DNA from: an uncultured Gammaproteobacteria bacterium
Lineage (GTDB): Bacteria; Patescibacteriota; Patescibacteriia; UBA11705
Direction: 5' to 3'
Length of the DNA stretch: 60,123 nucleotides
NCBI GenBank assembly: GCA_964592195.1
Contig: CAZQEI010000001.1
Coordinates: 52,885-113,007, forward strand
The first letter of the stretch is position 1; each line of letters opens with the position of its first letter. Positions 1 to 9,614 of the stretch are shown here, piece by piece. A program made the translations under genes and the position numbers. A model generated the notes under the pieces. It ran no database searches. It had not been told where the DNA came from and saw only the letters and a list, made by a program, of their open reading frames with translations.

Positions 1-293
1 ACTGGTTCATCCGACTTGATCATCGACACCAACTGCTGCCTGGAATGTTCATCCTCATGGGAAATCGAAAGAACATCATATGAACGCTTCTCCGGATCGC
101 GAGTCATAGCTCGCTTCAGATCATCCGGAAGTTCAGCCAGGATCTTTTCTGCCTTTTCATTTTCCACTTGCTGAATCGCTTGCACTTCCCGATTGGTTGC
201 CTCCAATACTATACGCTTCTGTTCCAAATGGTTCATGAGCAAGTGATGATTAATAACTCTTACTTGAGCGACAGAAATCCTCAGCGTTGCCAT
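1..293 (-). CDS. hypothetical protein, 3'-truncated by window start (MATLRISVAQVRVINHH...)
   Basis: ATG at 293 preceded by GGGAGG SD; frame stays open to position 1; absent from the ORF track because it lacks a stop. Confidence 0.75.
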   Translation of the reverse strand, partial: MATLRISVAQVRVINHHLLMNHLEQKRIVLEATNREVQAIQQVENEKAEKILAELPDDLKRAMTRDPEKRSYDVLSISHEDEHSRQQLVSMIKSDEP

Positions 294-368
294 GATCGCC
301 TCCCTGCCTCGACTCCGTTTACCGGAGGCGGGCCGTTGTTTGTTTCGTTTATCTAGAATGTCTATCAA

Positions 369-836
369 TCAACGAGCATTAATATTTTTCAATTCTACTT
401 TTACTTTGACACAGAACTGCCCATTGGAAAAAGCGGCTCGTTTGTCAACCGTAGTCATGAACATTTGTGCCGAGCTAGAGGAATTGGAGCGACTGCGAAT
501 ATCAGTATTTTCATTCAATCCATTCTTCGTTGAATAGTTGTAACCCTTATCCACATCCACAGTGGAAGAAACATTGGTCTTCATATATTTGGCAATCACG
601 CGACGAGCCTCATCCTCTGCCGTATCCCACGCGAATTTCCACTGCCTCGGATTATCCGCCAGCGCTTGATGACAACCAGTGGCAATGACGAAATCTCCCT
701 CCTGCTTCACATCACCCGAGAACCACGACGGCCCTTCGGTGTAGTTCCACTCTGAACGATACGGATTGTTGCTCAGAGTAGCGCCGCAAGCGGAAAACAG
801 CAGTGAAAAGACAATCAAAGGGATGATTCTGCTCAT
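369..836 (-). CDS. putative lipoprotein (LPP20-like)
   Basis: Signal peptide with lipobox FSA-C; GGAGG SD; PSW...A...AR..IAK pattern resembles LPP20 proteins. Confidence 0.6.
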   Translation of the reverse strand: MSRIIPLIVFSLLFSACGATLSNNPYRSEWNYTEGPSWFSGDVKQEGDFVIATGCHQALADNPRQWKFAWDTAEDEARRVIAKYMKTNVSSTVDVDKGYNYSTKNGLNENTDIRSRSNSSSSAQMFMTTVDKRAAFSNGQFCVKVKVELKNINAR

Positions 837-838
837 GT

Positions 839-1243
839 TTAACCCTCCGTTGCAGGTTTGTCATCACTCGGCTGGTTACACGAAAACACACCAGTATACC
901 ATTTATATCCAAGCAAAGTAGCACTGAAGCCAACACACAAACCCATGCCTGAGCACAGCAAGAAAGGCGTTGAGCTGACAGCGCCGGGATACTCGATGCA
1001 CAAAGCCAGAATGATTAAAGCGCCAAGAATACTGGAAATAATTCCTGAGATTGGTCCACTCTTAAACCAAGTAATAACCGCACAACTTCCACCCACGCTG
1101 ATAGTTGATACCAGCACAATGGCAAAGTCTCCATAAGTAAAAGTGAATCCCATCAAGTCCAAATGAAAAGCCATCACTATTTCATATATCACTGAAATAT
1201 TGAACGCAATTAACAGCGTGTTCTTAAACTTGTGGCTGTTCAT
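839..1243 (-). CDS. small ~4-TM membrane protein
   Basis: 134 aa hydrophobic ORF, GGAGG SD, ATGA overlap with upstream gene. Confidence 0.75.
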   Translation of the reverse strand: MNSHKFKNTLLIAFNISVIYEIVMAFHLDLMGFTFTYGDFAIVLVSTISVGGSCAVITWFKSGPISGIISSILGALIILALCIEYPGAVSSTPFLLCSGMGLCVGFSATLLGYKWYTGVFSCNQPSDDKPATEG

Positions 1244-1626
1244 TCCTGCCTCCCCTGGTTGTTGTTGTTTCTGGTATAGATGATTGAATACAAAGTGTAA
1301 GTGAAAAAACCTCCAATCAAAACCGGAATTAGATACCGAGTACTGAACATGATAACTGAATCAAAACTGTAATGTGTCCATGAATAATTTACCACCGCGA
1401 TGAACATCAGGAAACCCAGAACATCCATCATGGTAAAATTGCGACTCCATCTAGCCAACACTTGTCCGAGAAGACTCCCAACAAAAACCAGAGCCACTGC
1501 AAAACCATAGTCGACTTCACTGAAAGTCACACCCTTGGCTTGCATTCCGTAACAGAAAATAACTTCGACAATCACAAAAGTAAAAATAGCGGCAATATTG
1601 GAACCCAAAACCCAGAATGTACCCAT
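1240..1626 (-). CDS. small ~4-TM membrane protein
   Basis: 128 aa hydrophobic ORF, GGAGGG SD. Confidence 0.75.
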   Translation of the reverse strand: MGTFWVLGSNIAAIFTFVIVEVIFCYGMQAKGVTFSEVDYGFAVALVFVGSLLGQVLARWSRNFTMMDVLGFLMFIAVVNYSWTHYSFDSVIMFSTRYLIPVLIGGFFTYTLYSIIYTRNNNNQGRQE

Positions 1627-1662
1627 TCGTCCCTCCGGTTTGGTTGTTTCGAACCATTTTTA

Positions 1663-1711
1663 TTGTAAAAGTTCAATAAATCAATATACTACAAAACTAA
1701 TCTTTTGTCAA
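1663..1711 (-). promoter_or_regulatory. sigma70 promoter plus boxA-like motif
   Basis: TTGACA(1711-1706)-17-TATATT(1688-1683), then GAACTTTTACAA (1674-1663). Confidence 0.65.
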
Positions 1712-1748
1712 TCAAAAAAGCAATTTCTAGCCTAATTCTAGATAATTA

Positions 1749-1778
1749 AAACAAAAAATCACCGCATTTACGGTGATT
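1749..1778 (-). terminator. intrinsic terminator
   Basis: AATCACCG-TAAATG-CGGTGATT followed by a T-run on the minus strand, just after the 1785 stop. Confidence 0.65.
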
Positions 1779-1784
1779 ATAATT

Positions 1785-2441
1785 TTACCAGTCGATTACG
1801 AGCACAACCACTCCATCTTGATTCGAATAGCGGCATCGGAACCCCTTAGCTTCAAAAACATCGGTCAAGATTGTTTCAGTAAAAATCAGCCTGGCCTGGA
1901 GATTATCGGGAAGAGATTGAGAAAAGGTTGAGCGCTCTCTTTGTGTCGTTATATCAACACGATGAATTTCACAAGTAGTCAGTTTTGATCGCTGCAATGA
2001 TTCAACCGAATTATTAAATCTAGCAATCATCATACTAGCATTAGCACTCTCTTGCTCATTGAACTTCTTGATGATTTCTTCCGTAGATTCGTCTCTAAAC
2101 TTTTCCTGAGCCGCTCGCAGATCATTTGCAGTGATCTTTACTCCAGTCTTTTCCTCCTCTTCAAAATATGTTCTGAAGTAATTATCAGTGTATGAATATC
2201 CCAACTTATCTTTATGTTCCAAAATTGTCTCGGCTCGAAGGCTGTGATAAATTCTTTGCGCCAATTCAACATTTGATTTACAATCAAACTTTCTCCGAAG
2301 CATATCCAAATCATGATCAGAAAATGAAATCTCTAGCCTACCATCATCACATTTGGAAACCGACAAAATACGTCGCACGAGACTTTCCACGGAAAGTTCA
2401 TTGTTACTGATCTTAAATTCTTTTCCTTTCAACTCAGCCAT
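1785..2441 (-). CDS. hypothetical protein (N-terminus related to the two upstream ORFs)
   Basis: 218 aa, AAGGAGG SD; MAELKGKEF...DGR resembles MANLNGKNV...DGR. Confidence 0.75.
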   Translation of the reverse strand: MAELKGKEFKISNNELSVESLVRRILSVSKCDDGRLEISFSDHDLDMLRRKFDCKSNVELAQRIYHSLRAETILEHKDKLGYSYTDNYFRTYFEEEEKTGVKITANDLRAAQEKFRDESTEEIIKKFNEQESANASMMIARFNNSVESLQRSKLTTCEIHRVDITTQRERSTFSQSLPDNLQARLIFTETILTDVFEAKGFRCRYSNQDGVVVLVIDW

Positions 2442-2469
2442 GGTGTGCCTCCTTGTCTGGAATGTTTAT

Positions 2470-2739
2470 TTAGGTGTGAAAAACACGATCAGCATAAGTG
2501 TATTTCGCTCCATTAGGTCTTTGTCCAGTTTTCTTTTCAACTGCGTCAGCCACAAGATCCATTAATACAAAGCCGACTCTTAATCCGAAATTTCTGACAA
2601 AAGTGTTTTCCTCATGAAAATCCAGTTCAAGAGTAACACCTCTGCCATCTCCAGCTGGTGATGCTTCGGAAACCAACTCTCCGATCTGAACGAATGTTTT
2701 TCCGGCAAATGATACATTTTTTCCATTTAGGTTTGCCAT
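2470..2739 (-). CDS. hypothetical protein, paralog of 2760-3068
   Basis: Start moved to ATG 2739 (AGGAGG SD); MANLNGKNVSFAGKTFVQIG. Confidence 0.7.
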   Translation of the reverse strand: MANLNGKNVSFAGKTFVQIGELVSEASPAGDGRGVTLELDFHEENTFVRNFGLRVGFVLMDLVADAVEKKTGQRPNGAKYTYADRVFHT

Positions 2740-2759
2740 AATTGGCCTCCTCTGTTTGT

Positions 2760-3068
2760 TCACTTACCGGATTTTGAATAGGTCTGAAAAACATAATAGC
2801 CTCGAGTGTTCAAGAAACAATGATAACAAAGACCACGCGGATTCTTCTCTTGATTTTTCAATGTGTTCACCAATAAGTTATAAATAAACCGACCAACACT
2901 TACACGCGCTCCAATCAAAGGCAAATACTGAAGCGCTTCAGCTTCGGAAATGATAAGCACGATCCAGCGACCATTCTTCGTGGGTGAAAACGAGGCGATC
3001 CAGGTTCCTATTTCATCCAAACTTTTGCCATCAAGAATAACTTCCTTGCCATTGATGTTTGCCATCAC
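2760..3068 (-). CDS. hypothetical protein, paralog of 2470-2739
   Basis: MANINGKEVILDGKSLDEIG; GGAGGAG SD. Confidence 0.7.
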   Translation of the reverse strand: MMANINGKEVILDGKSLDEIGTWIASFSPTKNGRWIVLIISEAEALQYLPLIGARVSVGRFIYNLLVNTLKNQEKNPRGLCYHCFLNTRGYYVFQTYSKSGK

Positions 3069-3448
3069 ACTCCTCCCTTCACTTCAACGACTCGTCCCAC
3101 CCCACGCCACAAGCCAATGACAGAAATACCAACCAAGAACATCATCAAGAAATGGGCAAACACCCAACCTCCAATAATCCAACCTTCATAATACGAAACA
3201 ATATAACTATAAAGAATAATTAGGGATACGACTAATCCCATTCCCAAATTTGGACGCTCTTTTCTTTCCGCTTTCATCCAACCAACAATTCCACCACCAG
3301 CCAATATACACAACGATTGTAACAAATTAATCGTATTGAAACTCTCAGGGATCAAATGAAAAACTCTACAATAAAATTCAGTCCAAAGTGTAATGCCAAT
3401 GACAAATTGAAAAAGCACAAGCTCAAAATTTGTTAATTTGCTTTTCAT
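3065..3448 (-). CDS. small ~4-TM membrane protein
   Basis: 127 aa hydrophobic; GGAGG SD; abuts the upstream stop. Confidence 0.75.
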   Translation of the reverse strand: MKSKLTNFELVLFQFVIGITLWTEFYCRVFHLIPESFNTINLLQSLCILAGGGIVGWMKAERKERPNLGMGLVVSLIILYSYIVSYYEGWIIGGWVFAHFLMMFLVGISVIGLWRGVGRVVEVKGGV

Positions 3449-3844
3449 TTAGGCCTCCGGTTGTTGTTTTTTGGTTAACCTATGATAAACATCAACACTG
3501 ATAAATCCAATAGCATTACCCGACAAGAACCATGCGTAGCAATAACAATTGAAAACTGCAGTTTCGGGAATTGGTTTCACTATCATTAAAGCTAAATTAA
3601 ATATTCCAATAGCAAAAGCAGTAGAGATAAAAATGATAAAACCGAAATTGTGATTCACCTCACGGACAAAGACTCCTGCCAAGCCTAACAGCAATAGAAT
3701 TGCTGAGATAACAATATCCAATGACTGGTCAATTTTAAATGGCACCAAGTGAGAAAAAAATACTCGACGAACAACTTCAAACACTATTGAAAAACAAATA
3801 ATCATAAGCCAATTGAAAGATTCTCTTCGCGTGAGCCGCTTCAT
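3449..3844 (-). CDS. small ~4-TM membrane protein
   Basis: 131 aa hydrophobic; GGGGGAG SD. Confidence 0.75.
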   Translation of the reverse strand: MKRLTRRESFNWLMIICFSIVFEVVRRVFFSHLVPFKIDQSLDIVISAILLLLGLAGVFVREVNHNFGFIIFISTAFAIGIFNLALMIVKPIPETAVFNCYCYAWFLSGNAIGFISVDVYHRLTKKQQPEA

Positions 3845-3871
3845 GTCTCCCCCTTGTTTGGGCTGTTTAGA

Positions 3872-3925
3872 TTGTCAACGTTCAGAACGATTTATGATGT
3901 TATAATTTTTCTTTGTTTTTGTCAA
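3872..3925 (-). promoter_or_regulatory. sigma70 promoter plus boxA-like motif
   Basis: TTGACA(3925-3920)-17-TAACAT(3902-3897), then GAACGTTGACAA (3883-3872). Confidence 0.65.
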
Positions 3926-4011
3926 TTTCAATCTGTGGCAGATGCATTCCTAGTACAGACGATTCACGAATCGTCTCATAATATCTTCAAATTGCCATAT
4001 GCCACCCAAAC

Positions 4012-4037
4012 CAAAAACCCCGCTGTTCGGGGCTTTT
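4012..4037 (-). terminator. gyrA intrinsic terminator
   Basis: AAAAGCCCCG-AACAG-CGGGGTTTTT on the minus strand. Confidence 0.7.
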
Positions 4038-4046
4038 GTATTTCAC

Positions 4047-6611
4047 CTAATCTTCTTTTGTATCTCGAGGAACCAAGGTAACACTAGCCACCTTATCCCC
4101 TGTTAACTTGAATCTCATTATTCTCACACCTTGCGTATCGCGACCAAGCACTGGTACGCTGGCTAAAGGCAGACGGATCACTTGACCCTTTTCGGAAATC
4201 ACCATGAGGTCGAAGTTCTTCACTTCATCTTTCAAGGTTATAAAGCTTTTAACTACTGGTCCGGTTTTTGACGTGACTTTTTGAGTTCGAATACCTGAAC
4301 CGCCACGATTTTGGACTTTGTAATATTGGAATTCTGAACGTTTACCATATCCATTTTCAGTAACCACAGAATTTTGCATGTTCTTGGATTCCTTGCCATC
4401 AATCTTAATCATTCCAACTACGAAATCACTACCCTTCAATCTAATACCACGAACACCGGCTGCCGCGCGTCCCATAGCTCGGACATCTTTTTCTTCGAAA
4501 CGGATTGATTGACCCTTGCTGGAAATAATTTGCAATTCACTATTACCGAGCGTTGGTTCTACCCATTCCAAGCGATCATCATCATGCAGTTTAATCGCAA
4601 TTAATCCGGAACGACGCACGTTTTCAAAATCTTCCACCGGCACTTTCTTCACCGTGCCTTTAACTGTGGTCATGAACAAGAATTTGAACGTGGCATTCTT
4701 ATTATCAAATGGCAAAATAGCAGAAACTTTTTCATTCGGTGCCAATGACAAGAAGTTCACAATCGAATTGCCCTTCGCAGTTCTCGATCCCAACGGCACA
4801 TCATAAGCTTTCAATTGGAACACGCGACCGCGAGTAGTGAAGTACAACAAATTGTCGTGAGTCATGGTAGTTAACAAAGTATCAACCACATCTTCTTCCT
4901 TCGTAGTTAAACCAATGACACCCTTACCACCTCGAGCTTGCGTCTTGAAAATATCTGGAGGTAAACGTTTAATGTAACCATCACGAGTTAAGAATATTAT
5001 TGTTGGTTCATTTGGTACCAAATCTTCTTGCTTAAATTCACCAATGTCGCCTTTTACAATCTTAGTTCGGCGATCATCACCGTATTTATCTTTCAATCCG
5101 GTCACTTCATCCTTGATCACTTGTAAAATCTTTTTCTCTGAAGCTAATAATTCTTTTAAATCTTTAATCAACGCTCGTTTTTCTTTTAATTCAGTTTCAA
5201 TCTTCAAACGTTCCAAGTTCGCCAAGTTTTGCAATCTCATTTCGAGAATGGCAGTGGCTTGCAAATCTGATAATTTAAACTTCTTCATCAACCCTTGTTT
5301 CGCAGCTTCACGATCTGGAGATTGTTTAATTAACTTGATAACAGCATCGATATTATCAATGGCAATTTGTAAACCTTCCAAAATATGTGCTCGCGCTTCC
5401 GCTTTATTCAAATCAAATTGCGTGCGTCGGCGAACTACGATCTGGCGGTGTTTAACAAAATATTCCAAAATTTCTTTTAAGTTCAAAATCTTCGGCTGTA
5501 AACCATCTACCAATGCCAACATGTTAACATTGAAACTGGCTTGGAGTGGAGTTAACTTAAACAAACGATTCAAAACTTTTTGTGGGAATGCATCTCGTTT
5601 CAAATCGATAACAATACGGACGCCGGACTTATCAGACTCATCACGAATATCTCGGATACCTTCGATTTTTTTATCTTTTACTAACTCAGCAATTTTTTCC
5701 AACAAGGTTGCTTTATTCACTTGATAAGGAATTTCATGCACTAAAATTTGGAATTGATTTTCTTTGGTTTCCGTGATTTCCGTTTTCGCCCGCATGATAA
5801 TCTTACCGCGACCGGTGGAATATGCGCTCTTAATTTCTTTAATATTATAAATAATACCGCCAGTGGGGAAATCAGGTCCCAAAACAAAATTCATCAATTC
5901 TTCCACTTCACATTCAGGATTAGCAATCAAATGAGAGATAGCATCGCAAATTTCTCGTAAATTATGTGGGGGAATATTCGTTGCCATACCCACAGCAATA
6001 CCTGAAGTACCGTTTAACAATAAATTCGGTAACAAGGCTGGCAAGACTTGAGGTTCTTTGTGTGAACCATCATAGTTGGGAATAAAATTAACCGTGTCTT
6101 TATCAATATCGCGTAACAATTCTTCCGCAATGCCCATCATCTTCGCTTCAGTATAACGCATAGCAGCCGCACCATCACCATCCATGGAACCGAAGTTACC
6201 TTGACCATTGATCAATGGATAACGCAAAGAGAATGTCTGCGCCATACGCACCATGGAATCGTAAACAGCAGAGTCACCATGAGGATGATATTTACCCAAA
6301 ACTTCACCGACCACAGTCGCTGACTTACGAAATCTCGCATTGGCGCGCAAACCCACGTTCCACATGGCATACAAAATACGACGATGAACCGGCTTCATAC
6401 CATCACGAACATCTGGTAACGCGCGAGACACAATCACGCTCATGGCATAGGCAATATACGAATTTTCCATTTCGGAAACAATCGGCTGATCAACCACATT
6501 AATGTGAGAGGTCTCAGTTTCAACATGAATATCTTCGTTGAATTTTTTCTTTTTTTCTTTTGAGTCATCGGCTGGTGACTGACTCATTTTCTTTTTTCTT
6601 TTCAATATCAT
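4047..6611 (-). CDS. gyrA: DNA gyrase subunit A
   Basis: [23 protein letters not shown], catalytic AAMRYTE, GyrA-box QARGGKG; start may be ATG 6587. Confidence 0.98.
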   Translation of the reverse strand: MILKRKKKMSQSPADDSKEKKKKFNEDIHVETETSHINVVDQPIVSEMENSYIAYAMSVIVSRALPDVRDGMKPVHRRILYAMWNVGLRANARFRKSATVVGEVLGKYHPHGDSAVYDSMVRMAQTFSLRYPLINGQGNFGSMDGDGAAAMRYTEAKMMGIAEELLRDIDKDTVNFIPNYDGSHKEPQVLPALLPNLLLNGTSGIAVGMATNIPPHNLREICDAISHLIANPECEVEELMNFVLGPDFPTGGIIYNIKEIKSAYSTGRGKIIMRAKTEITETKENQFQILVHEIPYQVNKATLLEKIAELVKDKKIEGIRDIRDESDKSGVRIVIDLKRDAFPQKVLNRLFKLTPLQASFNVNMLALVDGLQPKILNLKEILEYFVKHRQIVVRRRTQFDLNKAEARAHILEGLQIAIDNIDAVIKLIKQSPDREAAKQGLMKKFKLSDLQATAILEMRLQNLANLERLKIETELKEKRALIKDLKELLASEKKILQVIKDEVTGLKDKYGDDRRTKIVKGDIGEFKQEDLVPNEPTIIFLTRDGYIKRLPPDIFKTQARGGKGVIGLTTKEEDVVDTLLTTMTHDNLLYFTTRGRVFQLKAYDVPLGSRTAKGNSIVNFLSLAPNEKVSAILPFDNKNATFKFLFMTTVKGTVKKVPVEDFENVRRSGLIAIKLHDDDRLEWVEPTLGNSELQIISSKGQSIRFEEKDVRAMGRAAAGVRGIRLKGSDFVVGMIKIDGKESKNMQNSVVTENGYGKRSEFQYYKVQNRGGSGIRTQKVTSKTGPVVKSFITLKDEVKNFDLMVISEKGQVIRLPLASVPVLGRDTQGVRIMRFKLTGDKVASVTLVPRDTKED

Positions 6612-6626
6612 ATATGATTATAAATT

Positions 6627-7286
6627 TTATTCTTTTTCCAAAACCACCAATTTAATCGTATCTTCTGGTAATTCTTTTCGAGAAATCTTTAATTTTGGTA
6701 ATTTTTCAAATTTATTTCCCATTTCTTTCAAAAATAACTTTTCATCATTAATATCAATCTTTAAATCATCGATTTTATAATGCATCGGAATAACCATTCT
6801 CGGTTCAATATCACGCACCACTTCAGCCGCATCCGCCGCACTCAAGGTATATTTACCACCAACCGGAATTAACAAAATATCCACTTCGCCTAATTCAGCG
6901 ATTTGTTTTTCGGTTAATTTATGACCCAGGTCTCCCAAATGAGCCACGCTAATATCGCCGAATTCCATTTTAAAAATCGTATTAGTACCACGCTCTGCGC
7001 CTTCCTTGCCATCATGAAAACTAGCAATGCCGGTAAAGAAAACTTTTTTCGTTTCAAATTCACCTGGAGTGTCGAACACTGAATAGTTATCTTCCAAATT
7101 TCCGGAAACCTTTTCTAAATTATCATGATCAAAGTGATGATGAGAAATCGTAACAATGTCCGCTTTTAATTTCGGAGGAAATAAACCGGTTTCTTTGCTA
7201 TATGGATCAGTAACGACCAACACTTCTTTACCATCGATTTTCTCGCTAATGCGGAAACATGATTGACCGAGCCATGAGATATTCAT
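6627..7286 (-). CDS. MBL-fold metallo-hydrolase
   Basis: WLGQSCF, DPY, SHHHFDH, HLGD, IPMHY motifs. Confidence 0.9.
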   Translation of the reverse strand: MNISWLGQSCFRISEKIDGKEVLVVTDPYSKETGLFPPKLKADIVTISHHHFDHDNLEKVSGNLEDNYSVFDTPGEFETKKVFFTGIASFHDGKEGAERGTNTIFKMEFGDISVAHLGDLGHKLTEKQIAELGEVDILLIPVGGKYTLSAADAAEVVRDIEPRMVIPMHYKIDDLKIDINDEKLFLKEMGNKFEKLPKLKISRKELPEDTIKLVVLEKE

Positions 7287-7322
7287 ACAAACTATATTAA
7301 AGATTGATTAATAATGCTTACT

Positions 7323-7418
7323 GCTACGTATGACAAATTTGCTACGAAACTACGAATATAAAAAATCTAATTACAAACTATCAAATTCGTAGATTTGTAG
7401 CCGATTAGTTATTGGTAG
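7323..7418 (-). repeat. TACGAA-family intergenic element
   Basis: GCTACG..TACGAA left arm and TTCGTAG..GTTATTGGTAG right arm; relatives at 8478, 38608, 43868, 44675, 49426, 50986, 58189. Confidence 0.75.
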
Positions 7419-7530
7419 AGAGCTACAGACTGCCCCCATTATACCAAAAAACAACTCCAAACACAAGCCCGTTTATGCCCAAATTTAAACTGAAATAAAT
7501 AAAAAACTACTCATATTGAGTAGTCAAATT

Positions 7531-8379
7531 TCAACTAACGAGAGCCTCGATTTGTTCATATTCTTCCATGGTCACACCGTACTGACCCAGCTCCATATAC
7601 GGATTGTTTTCCGCGTGGTAATCGGATCCACCAGTAATCAACATTCGGTGTTGCTTTGCCAGGTTCAATAGATAATCGCGACACGTTTCATTGTGATAAT
7701 GATTCGCTTCAAGTCCGGCAAGTCCCTGGTTCCTCATTTTATGAAAAATGGCATCGCATTCGACCGGATCCTTTTTATAAATCTTTCCAGTATGAGCCCA
7801 GAATGGCGCACCGTTCAAAGCGCGAATCATGGAAATGATCAATTCTGAATCAACCAACAACGATTTATCCGGCTCAGCAAAATACTTGCCACCGCGAATC
7901 ACGGTTGTGCGAGCATCGGCAAAAGTCATATTCTGGAATCTAATCAAATAGTTACGAAACCAAGTAATGAAAGCCGACGGTCCATGAGCGCCAACAATTT
8001 CCTTCATTTGTTCAACCGAAAGATTCGGACCACCGCTTCTGGCCAACGCTTCCAAATTCCCAGCCACTCGCTGATAATGATATTTCCAACTCTTGTCTTT
8101 CACAATGGATTCGATAATCTTCGACTTGGTCAAATCAATGCCATAGCCAAGAATATGCAGTTGCCGACCGTTGCAAACAGCGGTGAACTCAATCGCGGGC
8201 AATCCCCGCAAACCGAATTCCTTCAACGCCGCTTCAAACTCCGGCCAACCTTGCCAGATGTCATGATCAGAAAGACAAACCGCCTTCAGTCCACGTTCTT
8301 TGGCTCGTTTAACAATCTCGCGAGGTGAGATCGTGCCATCAGAGTAATAAGAATGAGTATGCATGTCCGCTTCGAACAT
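7531..8379 (-). CDS. PHP-domain metal-dependent phosphoesterase (TrpH-like)
   Basis: DMHTHSYYSDG, SDHD, HILGY, AH, GGSDYH. Confidence 0.92.
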   Translation of the reverse strand: MFEADMHTHSYYSDGTISPREIVKRAKERGLKAVCLSDHDIWQGWPEFEAALKEFGLRGLPAIEFTAVCNGRQLHILGYGIDLTKSKIIESIVKDKSWKYHYQRVAGNLEALARSGGPNLSVEQMKEIVGAHGPSAFITWFRNYLIRFQNMTFADARTTVIRGGKYFAEPDKSLLVDSELIISMIRALNGAPFWAHTGKIYKKDPVECDAIFHKMRNQGLAGLEANHYHNETCRDYLLNLAKQHRMLITGGSDYHAENNPYMELGQYGVTMEEYEQIEALVS

Positions 8380-8394
8380 GAAGGCTCCTTTTGT

Positions 8395-8450
8395 TGGTTA
8401 AAGGACATTTGCGTATTTGCTAATTTAATGTAATTTTTATCAAAAGTCAA
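8395..8450 (-). promoter_or_regulatory. sigma70 promoter plus boxA-like motif
   Basis: TTGACT-17-TAAATT, then GTCCTTTAACCA (8406-8395). Confidence 0.6.
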
Positions 8451-8557
8451 CAATAATTTCAATTTCTATCCATAACATATTCGTAGATTCGTAGCTGATT
8501 CGTTATTGGTAGTATATAAAAAAGGACCTGATTAAGTCCTTAAATTTTATTTTTTAC

Positions 8558-8794
8558 CTATGCATCCAGATCATCAACATCATCAGGATCAGCAGGCGTG
8601 CGAGTGGTCACGACCTTGGGCCGAGTAAAAAGCTGCACAACATCGTGAATCAAAGCCGCACCAATACCAACCAAACCTAGAATAAACAAATTATTGAGAG
8701 TTTCAGGAGAAGCATTTTGCATAAACTGTCGTCCTTCTGGAAAAAATAGAAACACTACCAGAATACCAATTCCGCCAAGCACATACTGAAGCAT
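8558..8794 (-). CDS. small 2-TM protein, paralog of 8839-9141
   Basis: ML..VLGGI...HD.V pattern shared with neighbour; GAGG SD. Confidence 0.7.
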   Translation of the reverse strand: MLQYVLGGIGILVVFLFFPEGRQFMQNASPETLNNLFILGLVGIGAALIHDVVQLFTRPKVVTTRTPADPDDVDDLDA

Positions 8795-8838
8795 AGGGCC
8801 TCGCTTTCACGCCTCTACATATGAGGCGAGTCTGTTTG

Positions 8839-9141
8839 TCAGTTGAAACTCACATAACATCCATTTCCCTTTTTGAGAATATTCTCATCAGGAGGGGCAA
8901 CATCCGGTGACAACTCAGTCGTTGAATTCAAAACAGGACAACGACAATTGCTCATCTTCTCAGCAATCACATAATCATGGAAACATGCGGCACAGATTGC
9001 CACCAAACTGACCACCAAGAAACTTACATGAAAGAATCTATATTCCTTGGCAAACAAAGATCTGGCAAAGATTGCAATCAAAACAACTGCGGTACAAATT
9101 CCACCCAGAACCGAATGCAACATCATGCCATTTTCAGCCAT
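8839..9141 (-). CDS. small 2-TM protein
   Basis: AAGGAGG SD; MLHSVLGGI...FHDYV. Confidence 0.7.
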   Translation of the reverse strand: MAENGMMLHSVLGGICTAVVLIAIFARSLFAKEYRFFHVSFLVVSLVAICAACFHDYVIAEKMSNCRCPVLNSTTELSPDVAPPDENILKKGNGCYVSFN

Positions 9142-9292
9142 AGCCGCCTCCTTTCCGTCTGCACCGTTTTACACGGTTGGTGGTAAAGACTTCTCGTAAA
9201 GCTTCAAAACACACTGTTGCTGTTCTTCCTCAAAAAGAATACCAGAACATAGAAAACAGTATCAATAATAGCCATTTTTCCTCCAGTGTTTG

Positions 9293-9346
9293 TTGTAAAA
9301 GAGCAAAAGGATTATTATATTTATCATTTTAATTAGAACATGTCAA
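9293..9346 (-). promoter_or_regulatory. promoter plus near-canonical boxA
   Basis: TTGACA (9346-9341); TGCTCTTTTACAA (9305-9293), one mismatch from the E. coli boxA TGCTCTTTAACA. Confidence 0.6.
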
Positions 9347-9419
9347 ACAATTAAAGTTCGATATTCGTAACTCGAGAAGCGAGAAGCGATTGGTATGGCG
9401 TTAAATTGTTTTTTTGATC

Positions 9420-9449
9420 TCCGCCAAAGGCGGATCCGCCTTCGGCGGA
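9420..9449. repeat. 30-bp double palindrome TCCGCC-N3-GGCGGATCCGCC-N3-GGCGGA
   Basis: Copies at 10728, 14664, 33170, 37386, 48931; variants at 14760, 28633; halves at 36498, 38758. Confidence 0.9.
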
Positions 9450-9456
9450 AATGGCC

Positions 9457-9614
9457 TTGACACTTTCCCATATTTAATCTAGAATATCTTTATAAATCTT
9501 AATCCTGCTCAGCGTGCCAGAGACAAGGCACGAAGCGAGCAGACTTGCTCACCCTGTGAGCGGGTTAACTTTACTTCATTGTTAAGTCAATCCGCCACAA
9601 AGCGGAATTTTTTT
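9457..9614 (+). promoter_or_regulatory. rpsA promoter and multi-hairpin 5' leader
   Basis: TTGACA(9457)-17-TAGAAT(9480); hairpins CTGCTC/GAGCAG, GCTCAC/GTGAGC, TCCGC/GCGGA before an SD-less ATG. Confidence 0.7.

Noticed and set aside
1-3844. Prophage
   Set aside because: No structural, terminase, integrase or replication genes; the same leader architecture is scattered across the window
4516-5960. Antisense ORFs inside gyrA (likewise inside rpsA, rny, groEL and the pilins)
   Set aside because: Shadow frames of conserved genes
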